From Nitrospirota bacterium (lineage in GTDB: Bacteria; Nitrospirota; UBA9217), in assembly GCA_035623825.1 (NCBI GenBank), contig DASPSR010000045.1:23630-87629 (forward strand): a DNA stretch of 64,000 nucleotides, read 5' to 3'. Under the pieces are notes generated by a model, which worked only from the letters and a program-made list of their open reading frames with translations, was not told the DNA's origin and did no database searches. Shown piece after piece: positions 20,600-31,146 of this stretch. The position numbers and the translations under genes were made by a program. Every line of letters begins with the position of its first letter. The first letter of the stretch is position 1.

Positions 20600-21040
20600 A
20601 TGCAAAAAAACGCTGAAGACATAATATCGCTGCCCATCGAGATGAAGGACGATATCGCCGACACCAAGTTCCGTCTGGTCCATGTTGCGGCCCAGAGGGT
20701 GAGACAACTGTCTGCAGGCGCCCCGATGCAGGTCGCAACAAGGTCAATAAAGGATACGACGATCGCTCTTGAAGAGAGCCTTGTCGGGAAATTCAAGATC
20801 CTGATGGGGGAAGAGGCCAATAAGGCGAAGGAGGAGTTCCGGAAGCGGGAAGAGCAGGCCCGACTGGAGGAACAGCTCTCCGCCAAGGAAGAGGAGATTC
20901 GGAAGGAGCTCAGCGCGTATCTTTCAGAGACGCAGGGTGAGGAAGAATCTGAGGAGTCTCGGCTTCCGGAAGGCAACGGCGACGAATCGCCCGGGGCTGA
21001 AGACGCACTCGGTGAAGAGTCGGACGAACCGGAAGAATAG
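20600..21040 (+). CDS. rpoZ: RNA polymerase omega subunit with long acidic C-terminal extension
   Basis: KFRLVHVAAQRVRQL, TTIALEE; between gmk and coaBC. Confidence 0.85.
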   Translation: MQKNAEDIISLPIEMKDDIADTKFRLVHVAAQRVRQLSAGAPMQVATRSIKDTTIALEESLVGKFKILMGEEANKAKEEFRKREEQARLEEQLSAKEEEIRKELSAYLSETQGEEESEESRLPEGNGDESPGAEDALGEESDEPEE

Positions 21041-21058
21041 TCGGGGGAGCAGCGAAAC

Positions 21059-22252
21059 ATGCTTTCCGGAAAAAGGATCCTGCTCGGGGTAACTGGCAGT
21101 ATCGCCGCGTATAAGGCCGTTGACGTCCTGCGCCGGCTAAAAGAGTCGGGTGCCGACGTGCGCGTGGTGATGACGAAGAACGCCACACGTTTTGTTGCGC
21201 CCCTGACGTTCGAGGCTCTGAGCGGAAGGCCAGTGCTCTGTGATGAGTTCCTCGATTGGGGGAAGAGCAGTATCGGCCATATCGATGTCTCGGCGAACCT
21301 AGACCTTGCGCTCATCGCGCCTGCGACGGCCAACGTCATCGGCAAGGCCGCAGCCGGAATTGCCGATGATGCGCTGACCTCGGCCCTCATGGCCCTAGAG
21401 TGCCCCGTCATGATGGCGCCTGCCATGAACGACAGGATGTACCGGAATCCCGCGCTGCGCAGAAACATCCAGCTTCTCAAGGAACAGGGAGTGCGGTTCA
21501 TAGAGCCGGAAGCCGGTCCTCTTGCCTGCGGCACGACCGGACAGGGGAGGCTCGCAGACCCTCTGAGGATCGTCCAGGAAGTGTCCTCGATGCTGGCGTC
21601 ACAGGATTTCACAGGCGTCACCATCCTTGTGACGGCAGGTCCAACGCGGGAACCGATCGATACCGTGCGGTTTATCAGCAACCCCTCCAGCGGAAAGATG
21701 GGCTATGCCATAGCGGCCGCCGCGCGAGACAGAGGGGCGCAGGTCGTTCTGATCAGCGGGCCCTCCGATCTCCCGCCGCCATACGGCGTAAAAACCGTTC
21801 AGGTCCTCTCAGCAGATGACATGTACCGTGCCGTCATGGGGCATATCGGGGGGACACAAATAGTCATCATGGCGGCAGCGGTATCAGATTTCAAAACCGC
21901 CACCTTCACGGACCGCAAAATCAAGAAACAGGAAGCGCCTACCATTCTGCATCTTGAACCTACCAGGGATATCCTCCTGGAACTCGGCAAAGCTGCGAGC
22001 AAACGATTCCTAGTAGGTTTTGCCGCTGAAACGGACAATATCCGCCAAAACGCCCTTAAGAAACTTCAGGAGAAGAACCTTGACATGATCGTGGCTAATG
22101 ATCTGATGAAGGCAGGTGCCGGTTTTGGCGCTGATACGAACGCGGTCACCATTATAGACCGAAACGGAACGGAAACAGAATTGCCGGTGATGCCCAAGTC
22201 CGAAATCGCAGCGCATATTTTGGATAAAATCCTAGAACTCAAGGCAAATTAA
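21059..22252 (+). CDS. coaBC: Phosphopantothenoylcysteine decarboxylase/synthase
   Basis: GVTGSIAAYK, PAMN, TAGPTRE, SNPSSGKMG, VGFAAET. Confidence 0.96.
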   Translation: MLSGKRILLGVTGSIAAYKAVDVLRRLKESGADVRVVMTKNATRFVAPLTFEALSGRPVLCDEFLDWGKSSIGHIDVSANLDLALIAPATANVIGKAAAGIADDALTSALMALECPVMMAPAMNDRMYRNPALRRNIQLLKEQGVRFIEPEAGPLACGTTGQGRLADPLRIVQEVSSMLASQDFTGVTILVTAGPTREPIDTVRFISNPSSGKMGYAIAAAARDRGAQVVLISGPSDLPPPYGVKTVQVLSADDMYRAVMGHIGGTQIVIMAAAVSDFKTATFTDRKIKKQEAPTILHLEPTRDILLELGKAASKRFLVGFAAETDNIRQNALKKLQEKNLDMIVANDLMKAGAGFGADTNAVTIIDRNGTETELPVMPKSEIAAHILDKILELKAN

Positions 22253-22323
22253 AGGTTTTTACCTTGACTTTTGTCCACTTTTTTTGGTAAAATTTGCAAG
22301 GATTTTGGCATGTTGCGCAAATT

Positions 22324-23688
22324 ATGGATAAAGAGACCTCCGAAATAGCTAAGTTAACGGAGCGTATTTTAAAAGACCCGAAGTCCAAGCTTTTTGTGCC
22401 GCTCGCCGAAGAGTACAAAAAGGCTGGGGACCTAGAGATGTCCATCCATGTGCTAATGGAGGGCCTCAAGAACAACCCGGAATATGTCACTGCCAGATCG
22501 TTCCTTGGCAGGCTTCTGTTCGAAAAAGGGGATTTGGCCGGAGCACAGAAAGAATTTGAAGAGGTTGCGAGGACGATCCCTGACAATCTGATGGCCCATC
22601 GAAAACTCGGTGATCTCTATGTACTCCAGGACAGGCCCGCCGATGCGCTGAAGCACTACAAGATGGCACTTTCTCTCAACCCCGGAGACGAGGAACTGGC
22701 AGCGCTGGCTTCAGATGTCGAAGCCGGTCGAGATGTCAAAGAGCGACTGCTCAAACCGAAGCAGCCGACGACAGATAAACCTGCCAAGTCAGCGCCCGTA
22801 AAGGCGCAGGTAGAACCCAGGCCGGCCCCAAAAGCACCCGAACCCCCCCGGGCGCCGGCGATGTCTGCCGTGAAACCGGAAGAACCCGAGGAAGTTCTCG
22901 TTGTTGAACCATTGGACGTTGAACTGCAGGGGCACGGAGACCTCGCAACGGGGATCGCGGGTCAGAAGATGGAGGAGATACCTCCAGAGGCTGCAGAGCA
23001 AGGTGAAAAGAAGGTGTCGGCTGGAGAATTTGATTTTCTGGCCGAACAGGGACAAGGGACCGGCCCGGCTCCAATGCAGGAAGAGCCTGCGGAAATTACC
23101 TTCGATACGGCCGAGCCGGGCCAGGGTATACCAACGTCCCGTGCCGCTACCGCTGAACCCGCGCAGGTCGAGACGGAACCTGCCCTGAAAGTCCCGGAAG
23201 CGGCCTCCCAGAAGGGTGACGATTTCACCACGGATACGCTGGCCGAGCTCTATATAGCCCAGGGATTTTTCGAAAAAGCAATAGACATATACCAGCGGAT
23301 GCTGACCGACAATCCGGACAGCCAGAAATTAAAAGACAAATTGGCGCACGTGCGGGCCATGGCCAGCGAGGCTGAACGCACTGGAGAATTAAAGATAGAT
23401 GGCACACCAGTCACCACCGCCAGCGAAGAGGTAATTGTCTTAGGAGGACCGGGAAAACCCGCTGAGACCGGGAGCGGCCTCACAGTCGAAACGGTACCTG
23501 ACGTCACACCACCAAAGCCTTTAGAAACTGGTTTTGAACCTGTAGAATATGTGCCTCCTCAAGCTGCAGAAAAGCACGAGCCGCTTGAGAAGAAAGCGCC
23601 ACCCATGATGAAGTCCCCGATGGCCGGCCGGAAAGAGACCATAGACAGGCTGGAAAACTGGCTTAAAAATATCAAGAAGGAGAAATAG
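22324..23688 (+). CDS. TPR protein with Pro/Glu-rich linker
   Basis: N-terminal TPRs (SKLFVPLAEEY), TDTLAELYIAQG TPR, C-terminal LENWLKNI; start at ATG 22324. Confidence 0.85.
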   Translation: MDKETSEIAKLTERILKDPKSKLFVPLAEEYKKAGDLEMSIHVLMEGLKNNPEYVTARSFLGRLLFEKGDLAGAQKEFEEVARTIPDNLMAHRKLGDLYVLQDRPADALKHYKMALSLNPGDEELAALASDVEAGRDVKERLLKPKQPTTDKPAKSAPVKAQVEPRPAPKAPEPPRAPAMSAVKPEEPEEVLVVEPLDVELQGHGDLATGIAGQKMEEIPPEAAEQGEKKVSAGEFDFLAEQGQGTGPAPMQEEPAEITFDTAEPGQGIPTSRAATAEPAQVETEPALKVPEAASQKGDDFTTDTLAELYIAQGFFEKAIDIYQRMLTDNPDSQKLKDKLAHVRAMASEAERTGELKIDGTPVTTASEEVIVLGGPGKPAETGSGLTVETVPDVTPPKPLETGFEPVEYVPPQAAEKHEPLEKKAPPMMKSPMAGRKETIDRLENWLKNIKKEK

Positions 23689-24045
23689 ATGCCCTTTTCC
23701 GATATCCTGAAAAATGTAGTCAATGGTACGGAAGGGGCGCTGGGTGCGCTTGTCGTCGGGCTCGACGGCATCCCGGTTGAAGAGTATTCCGTGAGCAGCG
23801 AGATGGATCTCCAGTCCATGACCGTGGAATATTCCGCCCTTCTGAAGGAAATAGAAAAAGGTTCGCAGTCCGCACAGCTAGGTTCCACGAATGAAGTCAC
23901 GGTCATCGCTGATAAGGCCATGATCATGCTGCGGCGGCTCAACGACGAGTATTTTTTCGTGCTTATCATAAAGCCGGGAGGGAACTTCGGCAAGGGGAGA
24001 TTCCTCCTCAGAATGTCGGTCCCCAAGCTGCTCAAAGAGTTCTGA
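23689..24045 (+). CDS. Roadblock/LC7 protein (MglB/MglC-like)
   Basis: LVVGLDGIPV and GNFGKGRFLLR motifs. Confidence 0.85.
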   Translation: MPFSDILKNVVNGTEGALGALVVGLDGIPVEEYSVSSEMDLQSMTVEYSALLKEIEKGSQSAQLGSTNEVTVIADKAMIMLRRLNDEYFFVLIIKPGGNFGKGRFLLRMSVPKLLKEF

Positions 24046-24117
24046 TTGCAGAGTTTTTTCGATCTGCACTGCATCTGAAACTGCCTCAGGCAGTTTTTTG
24101 TTTTGTAAGGGGTCTTC

Positions 24118-24567
24118 TTGAAGATACTCGTGATACATGGACCAAACCTGAATCTGCTCGGAAAACGAGAGCCGGATATCTATGGAAACTTCACGCTCGA
24201 CGACATCGAGAGGCGACTCTCCTCGCTCGCCGGAGAACTCGGTGTCGAGGTGTCCTTCTTCCAGTCGAACCATGAAGGCGAGCTGGTGCAGAAGATCCAG
24301 GACGCCATGGGCGAGTACCAGGCGATCGTTATCAATCCCGGTGCTTATACGCACACGAGCGTTGCGCTCCGCGATGCTATCTCCTCGACGGGCATCCCGA
24401 CCGTCGAGACCCATATCTCCAACATCTACCGGCGCGAGGAATTCAGGAAGCATTCGTATATTTCCGGCGTTGCCGTGGGACAGATCACCGGCTTCGGCCC
24501 CGACAGCTACCTTCTCGCGCTCCGGGCCGCTGCTGCGCTCGTGAAGGGCGGCGCAAAGAAACGATGA
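24118..24567 (+). CDS. aroQ: Type II 3-dehydroquinate dehydratase
   Basis: [31 protein letters not shown]. Confidence 0.96.
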   Translation: MKILVIHGPNLNLLGKREPDIYGNFTLDDIERRLSSLAGELGVEVSFFQSNHEGELVQKIQDAMGEYQAIVINPGAYTHTSVALRDAISSTGIPTVETHISNIYRREEFRKHSYISGVAVGQITGFGPDSYLLALRAAAALVKGGAKKR

Positions 24568-25649
24568 TGAAGAGGCCCAAACCGGACCGCATCGACAACC
24601 TCAGGCGGCTCATGAAGGCAGAAGGCGTCGATGCGCTTCTCGTGACGAAGCGGGAGAATGTCCGCTATCTCACCGGTTTCACTGGTTCCGCAGGCTCCTT
24701 CCTGGTCACTCCCGGAAGGTCGTGGCTGATCACGGATTTCCGATACAAACTCCAGTCCCGCCGGGAGACCTCGGGAACGACGATCCTGATCCAGAAGACG
24801 GATTTTCCCACGGCGCTGCAGGAGACCGCTCTGAGCGCAGGCATAGATTCGCTCTGGTTCGATGAATCTTCGCTCACCATAGAAGAGCTGAAGAAGCTCA
24901 GGAAACGGGGGCTGAAGCCGAGAGGGCACCGAGATATCGTGGGGGAACTCAGGAAGCGGAAAGACAAACAGGAACTCGCAAGCATCCGCAAGGCTATCAG
25001 ACGGGCAGAAGAATCTTTTCGGGAATTGAAAAAATATATCCGGCCCGGAGCTCGCGAGCGCAGACTCGCGTTCACGCTCGAATGTCTGATGCGCGAAAAA
25101 GGCGCCCGTAAGGCGGCATTTGACACTATTGTGGCATCGGGCAGAAACGGGGCCATGCCGCACGCCTCGGTGACGGACCGGCGCATCAAAGCCGGCGACC
25201 TCGTGACCTTCGACTTCGGCGCAGAGGCAGGCGGATACTTCTGCGATATCACCCGAACCTTCTGCCTGGGCCGGCCGTCGGCCAGGCAGCTGGAGATTCA
25301 CGGTCTTGTCCAGGAAGCGCAGTTGGCCGCGATAAAGAGCGTGCGTCCCGGCGTCAGCTGCAAATCCGTGGATGACGCGGCGCGGGATGTCATTAAAAAA
25401 GCAAATCACGGAAGTCATTTCGGCCACGGAACCGGCCATGGCATCGGCCTCATGGTCCACGAAGCGCCTTCTGTGTCGCCTCTTTCCCGCGACTCTGTCG
25501 CGCAGGATATGGTATTCACCGTCGAGCCGGGAGTCTATATCCCGGACTGGGGCGGCGTCCGGATCGAGGACATGGTGCTGGTGACGGAGAGAGGGGCAAA
25601 AGTGCTGACGACGCTGCCGAGGGAATTGGACGGTCTAAGGAGCTTGTAG
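24564..25649 (+). CDS. Xaa-Pro aminopeptidase (M24)
   Basis: [34 protein letters not shown]. Confidence 0.93.
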   Translation: MMKRPKPDRIDNLRRLMKAEGVDALLVTKRENVRYLTGFTGSAGSFLVTPGRSWLITDFRYKLQSRRETSGTTILIQKTDFPTALQETALSAGIDSLWFDESSLTIEELKKLRKRGLKPRGHRDIVGELRKRKDKQELASIRKAIRRAEESFRELKKYIRPGARERRLAFTLECLMREKGARKAAFDTIVASGRNGAMPHASVTDRRIKAGDLVTFDFGAEAGGYFCDITRTFCLGRPSARQLEIHGLVQEAQLAAIKSVRPGVSCKSVDDAARDVIKKANHGSHFGHGTGHGIGLMVHEAPSVSPLSRDSVAQDMVFTVEPGVYIPDWGGVRIEDMVLVTERGAKVLTTLPRELDGLRSL

Positions 25650-25725
25650 GGGCTTGAAGGATCGGGTGAGCCTTAAAGAACAAAAATAGTGTCATTGTCG
25701 ATGACGAAAGGGAGGTAGTAAGAAG

Positions 25726-26292
25726 GTGCCTGTATCTACAGCGGAGTTCAGGAACGGATTGAAAATAGAGATCGACGGGGAACCCTACGTGATCGTAGAG
25801 TTTCAGCACGTGAAGCCCGGCAAGGGCGGAGCGTTCGTAAGGACCAAGATGAAAAGTCTTAAGTCGGGCAATGTGATCGACCGGACGTTCAGGTCGGGCG
25901 AGAAGGTTGAAGTGCCCGAACTGGAAGAAAAAACCATGCAGTACCTCTATTCGGCGGACAAGGACCGCGTGTTCATGGACACCAGCAGCTACGAGCAGAT
26001 AAGCATGAGCGAGCAGCAGCTCGGCGAAAGCATCAATTATCTCAAGGAGAACATGGAGATCAAAGTGCTCTACTACAAGGGACGCCCCATTAATATCGAC
26101 GTGCCGATGTTCGTAGAGCTTGCGATCGCCAAGACCGACCCGGGCGTACGCGGCGATACGGCATCAGGAGGTTCAAAGCCGGCGACACTCGAGACCGGCG
26201 CGATAGTCAAGGTGCCGTTCTATCTGAACGAAGGAGATGTGATAAAGGTCGACACGCGTACGGGGACCTTCATCGAACGGGTCAAAAAGTGA
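25726..26292 (+). CDS. efp: Elongation factor P
   Basis: [28 protein letters not shown]. Confidence 0.97.
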   Translation: MPVSTAEFRNGLKIEIDGEPYVIVEFQHVKPGKGGAFVRTKMKSLKSGNVIDRTFRSGEKVEVPELEEKTMQYLYSADKDRVFMDTSSYEQISMSEQQLGESINYLKENMEIKVLYYKGRPINIDVPMFVELAIAKTDPGVRGDTASGGSKPATLETGAIVKVPFYLNEGDVIKVDTRTGTFIERVKK

Positions 26293-26335
26293 GTCTCCAT
26301 CACTATCAATACTGCGACGCGGAAAAGGAGTGATC

Positions 26336-26806
<471 letters not shown>

Positions 26807-26914
26807 CGCCGCACGAGTGGGGGATATCCCAGGTTCACGATCCAAATTAAGGTAGACCGACTTGGAATGAGGTCTCAAAAAAAAATGAAACATGATCTCC
26901 ATTGAGGTGTCTGA

Positions 26915-28261
26915 GTGTTTAAGAAAATACTAATCGCCAACCGGGGCGAGATAGCGCTCCGTATCATACGGGCGTGCAAGGAGATGGGCATCAAAACCGT
27001 TGCCGTTCATTCCACTGCGGATGCGGACTCCCTTCACGTGCGTTTTGCTGATGAGAGCGTGTGCATCGGGCCGCCCAAAAGCGCTGACAGCTATCTCAAC
27101 GTTCCGAGCATCATAAGTGCCGCCGAGATCACCGATACCGAAGCCATCCATCCGGGCTACGGCTTCCTGGCCGAGAATGCCAGCTTTGCCGAGGTATGCA
27201 ACTCAACCGGAATTCGCTTCATCGGTCCGAGCCCGGAGAGCATAAAGCTCATGGGGGATAAGGCCAAGGCCAGGGAGACGGCGCAGAAGGCGGGCGTCCC
27301 CGTCCTGCCAGGGAGCAACGGCGCGGTGACCGAGGAAAACAGCGCCATAGAGATCGCGCGAGAGCTCGGATTCCCGGTGATCGTCAAGGCCGCGGCCGGT
27401 GGCGGGGGCAAAGGCATGCGCGTCGTGATGAACGAAGCGGACTTCGCCAACGCCTTTGTCATGGCGCAAGCCGAAGCCCTTGCGGCCTTCAGCAACGCTG
27501 ATGTGTACATAGAGAAATACATACTCCAGCCGCGTCACATCGAGATCCAGATCATGGCCGACGAACAGGGCAATACGGTCTATCTGGGCGAGCGGGAGTG
27601 TTCTATCCAGCGGAGACATCAGAAGCTCATTGAAGAGGCCCCCTCGGTCATCGTCGACGACGGTCTTCGGAAGCAGATGGGTGAGATGGCAGTGGCAGTG
27701 TCCAAAAGCGTGAAGTACCGCAACGCGGGCACGATAGAGTTCCTCATGGATGAGGACATGAACTTCTATTTCATGGAGATGAACACCAGGATCCAGGTCG
27801 AACATCCCGTCACCGAAATGGTGACAGGCATTGATCTCGTGAAAGAGCAGATCCGCATAGCGGCCGGCCTGCCGCTTTCCTTCGCCCAGAAAGACATCAG
27901 GATCAAAGGTCACAGCATCGAGTGCAGGATCAACGCGGAATGCCCGGATAAATTCACCCCTTCGCCGGGCACCATCACCGCGTTCAATCCTCCCGGCGGC
28001 CCCGGTGTACGCGTGGATACATTCGCCTACACCCAGTACGTCATCCCGCCGTACTACGATTCCATGATAGCGAAGCTTATCGTGCATGCGGACACGCGTG
28101 ATGATGCGATCAGGAGAATGCAGCGGGCGCTCGATGAGTTCATCGTCGAAGGGGTAAAGACCACGATCCCCATGCACATGAAGATACTCGCAGACCCTGA
28201 TTTCCAGCACGGGGACATATCAACGAAATTCATGGAGAGATACAATAACCCGGCCAAATGA
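26915..28261 (+). CDS. accC: Biotin carboxylase
   Basis: [33 protein letters not shown]. Confidence 0.97.
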   Translation: MFKKILIANRGEIALRIIRACKEMGIKTVAVHSTADADSLHVRFADESVCIGPPKSADSYLNVPSIISAAEITDTEAIHPGYGFLAENASFAEVCNSTGIRFIGPSPESIKLMGDKAKARETAQKAGVPVLPGSNGAVTEENSAIEIARELGFPVIVKAAAGGGGKGMRVVMNEADFANAFVMAQAEALAAFSNADVYIEKYILQPRHIEIQIMADEQGNTVYLGERECSIQRRHQKLIEEAPSVIVDDGLRKQMGEMAVAVSKSVKYRNAGTIEFLMDEDMNFYFMEMNTRIQVEHPVTEMVTGIDLVKEQIRIAAGLPLSFAQKDIRIKGHSIECRINAECPDKFTPSPGTITAFNPPGGPGVRVDTFAYTQYVIPPYYDSMIAKLIVHADTRDDAIRRMQRALDEFIVEGVKTTIPMHMKILADPDFQHGDISTKFMERYNNPAK

Positions 28262-28904
28262 GCTCAGCGGGCTCTGCCTGATCCTTGACCAGGCAGTGCT
28301 TCGCGCCGATCCCGCGCAGGCCATGTCACAGGCCCTTGCCGCAGGCGTGAGGTTTTTCCAATATCGAAACAAAAGCGGGACAAGGCGTGAAATCTACGAG
28401 ACGTCAATGCGGCTGGCCCTCCTGGCGCGGGGGGCAGGGGCCCTATTTATCGTAAATGACCACGCGGATATCGCGCTTGCGGTGGACGCGGACGGGGTCC
28501 ACCTGGGACAGGATGACCTGCAGATAGAGCATGCCAGGGGCCTGCTGGGGAGCGGTAAACTCATCGGTGTCTCGACACATAACCCCGAGCAGGCGAAGGA
28601 CGCAGAGGCCGGAGGCGCCGACTACATAGGATTCGGGCCTATATTCCGGACTTCGACAAAAGACGCTGGACCAGTTCAAGGGATCGAAATGATACCCGTG
28701 ATCAAAAGGACCGTCGCGGTGCCCGTCTTCGCTATCGGCGGCATCACGCACGGAAACGTCGATAAGGTGATAGCTGCCGGCGCGGATGGAGTGGCGGTAA
28801 TATCAGCTATCCTTTACGCGCCTGACAGAAAGGCCGCGGCAGAAGAGCTGATGCGGAAAATTCGGCGCAGCAAAAATCTGGAGCCGGGAGTCGGGAGGGG
28901 ATGA
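28245..28904 (+). CDS. thiE: Thiamine-phosphate synthase (start uncertain, see findings)
   Basis: [27 protein letters not shown]; ThiE-like LSGLCLILD lies in frame upstream of the GTG at 28296. Confidence 0.85.
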   Translation: MTRPNELSGLCLILDQAVLRADPAQAMSQALAAGVRFFQYRNKSGTRREIYETSMRLALLARGAGALFIVNDHADIALAVDADGVHLGQDDLQIEHARGLLGSGKLIGVSTHNPEQAKDAEAGGADYIGFGPIFRTSTKDAGPVQGIEMIPVIKRTVAVPVFAIGGITHGNVDKVIAAGADGVAVISAILYAPDRKAAAEELMRKIRRSKNLEPGVGRG

Positions 28905-30017
28905 ATGATGAACAGGTTGACTAAGTTTGTTTTCATCGCGTTTGTTGCGGTACTCGCGGCTTCCAGTTGTACCCGTCAGGATGATCAGGTGATCAGGATC
29001 GGAGCAGCGGGGCCGATGACCGGCGACCAGAGCAAAATGGGCGTGGATCTCAGGAATGCCGTAGAGCTTGCCGTGACAGAGTGGAACGAAAAGGGAGGAG
29101 TCCTGGGGAAAAAGATCGTGATGCTCGCGGGCGATGACCAGGCCGATCCCAAACAGGCAGTGTCTATCGCGAACAAGTTCATCAACCAGAAGATCGTTGC
29201 TGTCGTCGGCCACTGGAATTCGAGCTGTTCGATCCCCGCATCGAAATATTACAGTGACGCGAACGTCGTCATGATCTCGCCGGCTACGACGAACCCTCAG
29301 CTGACCTTGCAGGGCTTCAAAAGGGTTTTCCGCGTCTGCGGAACCGATGACCAGCAGGGCCGGGTGGCCGCTGAATTTGTGTTGAAAACGCTCCATCCCA
29401 AGAGAGTCGCCATCATCCATGACAAGACCGCATACGGCCAGGGGCTGGCCGACTTCTTCAAGAAGGCCCTCGGTGACAAGATCCAGGTCGTTTATTACGG
29501 CGGGATCATCCAGCGTGACCCCGATTACAAGGCCGTGCTCACGACGATCAAGGAGAACAAACCGGAGCTCTATTTCTTCGGAGGCATCTATCCTGAAGCT
29601 GGCAGGCTCGTGAGACAGGCGAAGGAGATCGGCATGAACATCCCCATGATGACCGGGGACGGCGTATTTGACCCCACCTTCATCAGCATCGCCGGCAAGT
29701 CGGCCGAAGGCACCTACGTAACGTTCGGTCGGGAGCCGGCCGGCCTCTCGTCGGCGAAAGCATTCCTGGAAAGATACAAAGCCCGCTACGGTGATCCCGG
29801 CCCCTATTCAATATACGCTTATGATGCGGCAAATATCATTCTTACATCCATTGCAGAGACCGGGACCACGGATGGAAGCAAGCTCGCGGAGTTCATTTCC
29901 AGGACGATCTTCCATGGCGCGTTCGGCGACATTGCGTTTGACCAGAACGGCGACGTGACCAAAGCGCCCTATGTGGTGTGGCAGGTGAAAAACGGAAGGT
30001 TCGAGCAGTTACCGTGA
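28905..30017 (+). CDS. Branched-chain amino-acid ABC substrate-binding lipoprotein (LivK/LivJ)
   Basis: Lipobox-like ASSC, GPMTG, DDQADPKQAV, GHWNSS, HDKTAYGQGLA. Confidence 0.93.
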   Translation: MMNRLTKFVFIAFVAVLAASSCTRQDDQVIRIGAAGPMTGDQSKMGVDLRNAVELAVTEWNEKGGVLGKKIVMLAGDDQADPKQAVSIANKFINQKIVAVVGHWNSSCSIPASKYYSDANVVMISPATTNPQLTLQGFKRVFRVCGTDDQQGRVAAEFVLKTLHPKRVAIIHDKTAYGQGLADFFKKALGDKIQVVYYGGIIQRDPDYKAVLTTIKENKPELYFFGGIYPEAGRLVRQAKEIGMNIPMMTGDGVFDPTFISIAGKSAEGTYVTFGREPAGLSSAKAFLERYKARYGDPGPYSIYAYDAANIILTSIAETGTTDGSKLAEFISRTIFHGAFGDIAFDQNGDVTKAPYVVWQVKNGRFEQLP

Positions 30018-30104
30018 TTAGATCGCAAGATAGCAAGAGCACCATGAACGTGGATATGGAGTAAACGCCTTTATCCTGAATATTTTCTTTATCACTCCGC
30101 GGTT

Positions 30105-31007
30105 ATGTTTATACAACAGCTTATCAATGGCCTTACCCTGGGTGCGGTGTATGCGCTCATCGCGCTCGGGTATACAATGGTCTACGGCATCCTCCAGCTT
30201 ATCAACTTCGCCCATGGTGAGGTGTATATGCTCGGGGCCTATCTCGGGATCATCGTCCTCGGATTGCTGACCGCAGCCGGGCTCCCAGCCTACAGCCTCG
30301 CCCTTACGATCTTTATCTCGATCCTCGTTCCCATGTTTTTCTGCGCTGCCTACGGCGCAGCCATCGAGCGTGCCGCGTACCGTCCTCTCCGGCAGGCGGT
30401 AAAGCTCGCTCCGCTCATCAGTGCCGTGGGTGTGTCGATCATTCTTCAGAACTTTGTGATGCTCACGCAGGGGAAGGAGTACAAGAACCTGCCCCCTCTT
30501 CTTCCTTCTGAGGGTTTTACCTTATTCGGCGCCATCGTATCGCCTGTGCAGATCTTCATTCTGATAGCCTCAATCCTGCTCATGGTCGTCCTCAATTTAT
30601 TTGTAGCCAAAACCAGGATAGGCAAGGCCATGCGCGCCACATCGCAAGACCGGGTAATGGCCGGCCTTGTCGGGATCAATATCAATCAGGTCATTTCAGT
30701 AACGTTCATGATCGGATCAGCGCTTGCTGCCGTGGCCGGGGTGATGGTGACGCTCTATTACGGCGTGGTGCATTTCTTCATGGGCTATGTGGCCGGTATC
30801 AAGGCATTCACCGCCGCGGTGCTTGGCGGGATCGGCAGCATCCCTGGAGCCATGCTGGGCGGGTTCATGCTCGGCCTCATTGAAAATTTCGGCGCAAGCT
30901 ATATCTCGAGCGTCTACAAGGACGCCTTCGCCTTTCTGGTCCTTATCATTACCCTTATCATTCGCCCTTCGGGCTTGCTCGGCCAGAAGTCCCTGGACAA
31001 AGTGTAA
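30105..31007 (+). CDS. livH: Branched-chain amino-acid ABC permease
   Basis: YALIALGYTMVYGILQLINFAHGE, KAFTAAVLGGIG. Confidence 0.93.
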   Translation: MFIQQLINGLTLGAVYALIALGYTMVYGILQLINFAHGEVYMLGAYLGIIVLGLLTAAGLPAYSLALTIFISILVPMFFCAAYGAAIERAAYRPLRQAVKLAPLISAVGVSIILQNFVMLTQGKEYKNLPPLLPSEGFTLFGAIVSPVQIFILIASILLMVVLNLFVAKTRIGKAMRATSQDRVMAGLVGININQVISVTFMIGSALAAVAGVMVTLYYGVVHFFMGYVAGIKAFTAAVLGGIGSIPGAMLGGFMLGLIENFGASYISSVYKDAFAFLVLIITLIIRPSGLLGQKSLDKV

Positions 31008-31146
31008 TGCAAGGGTCCCACGGCCGGCAGCTATCGGGTCACGGATCAGGGAGGATAGGTCATCGTTCGCTGCCAATAGCAGGTAGCGCGATCTCACGAG
31101 CACGAGCCGTGAAATGTTGGCTCCACGCATCATAGGGAGGGTTTCC

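Noticed and set aside
31008-31146. ZMP/ZTP riboswitch upstream of purH
   Set aside because: The conserved GACUGGCG and CGCCUGGG elements are not found
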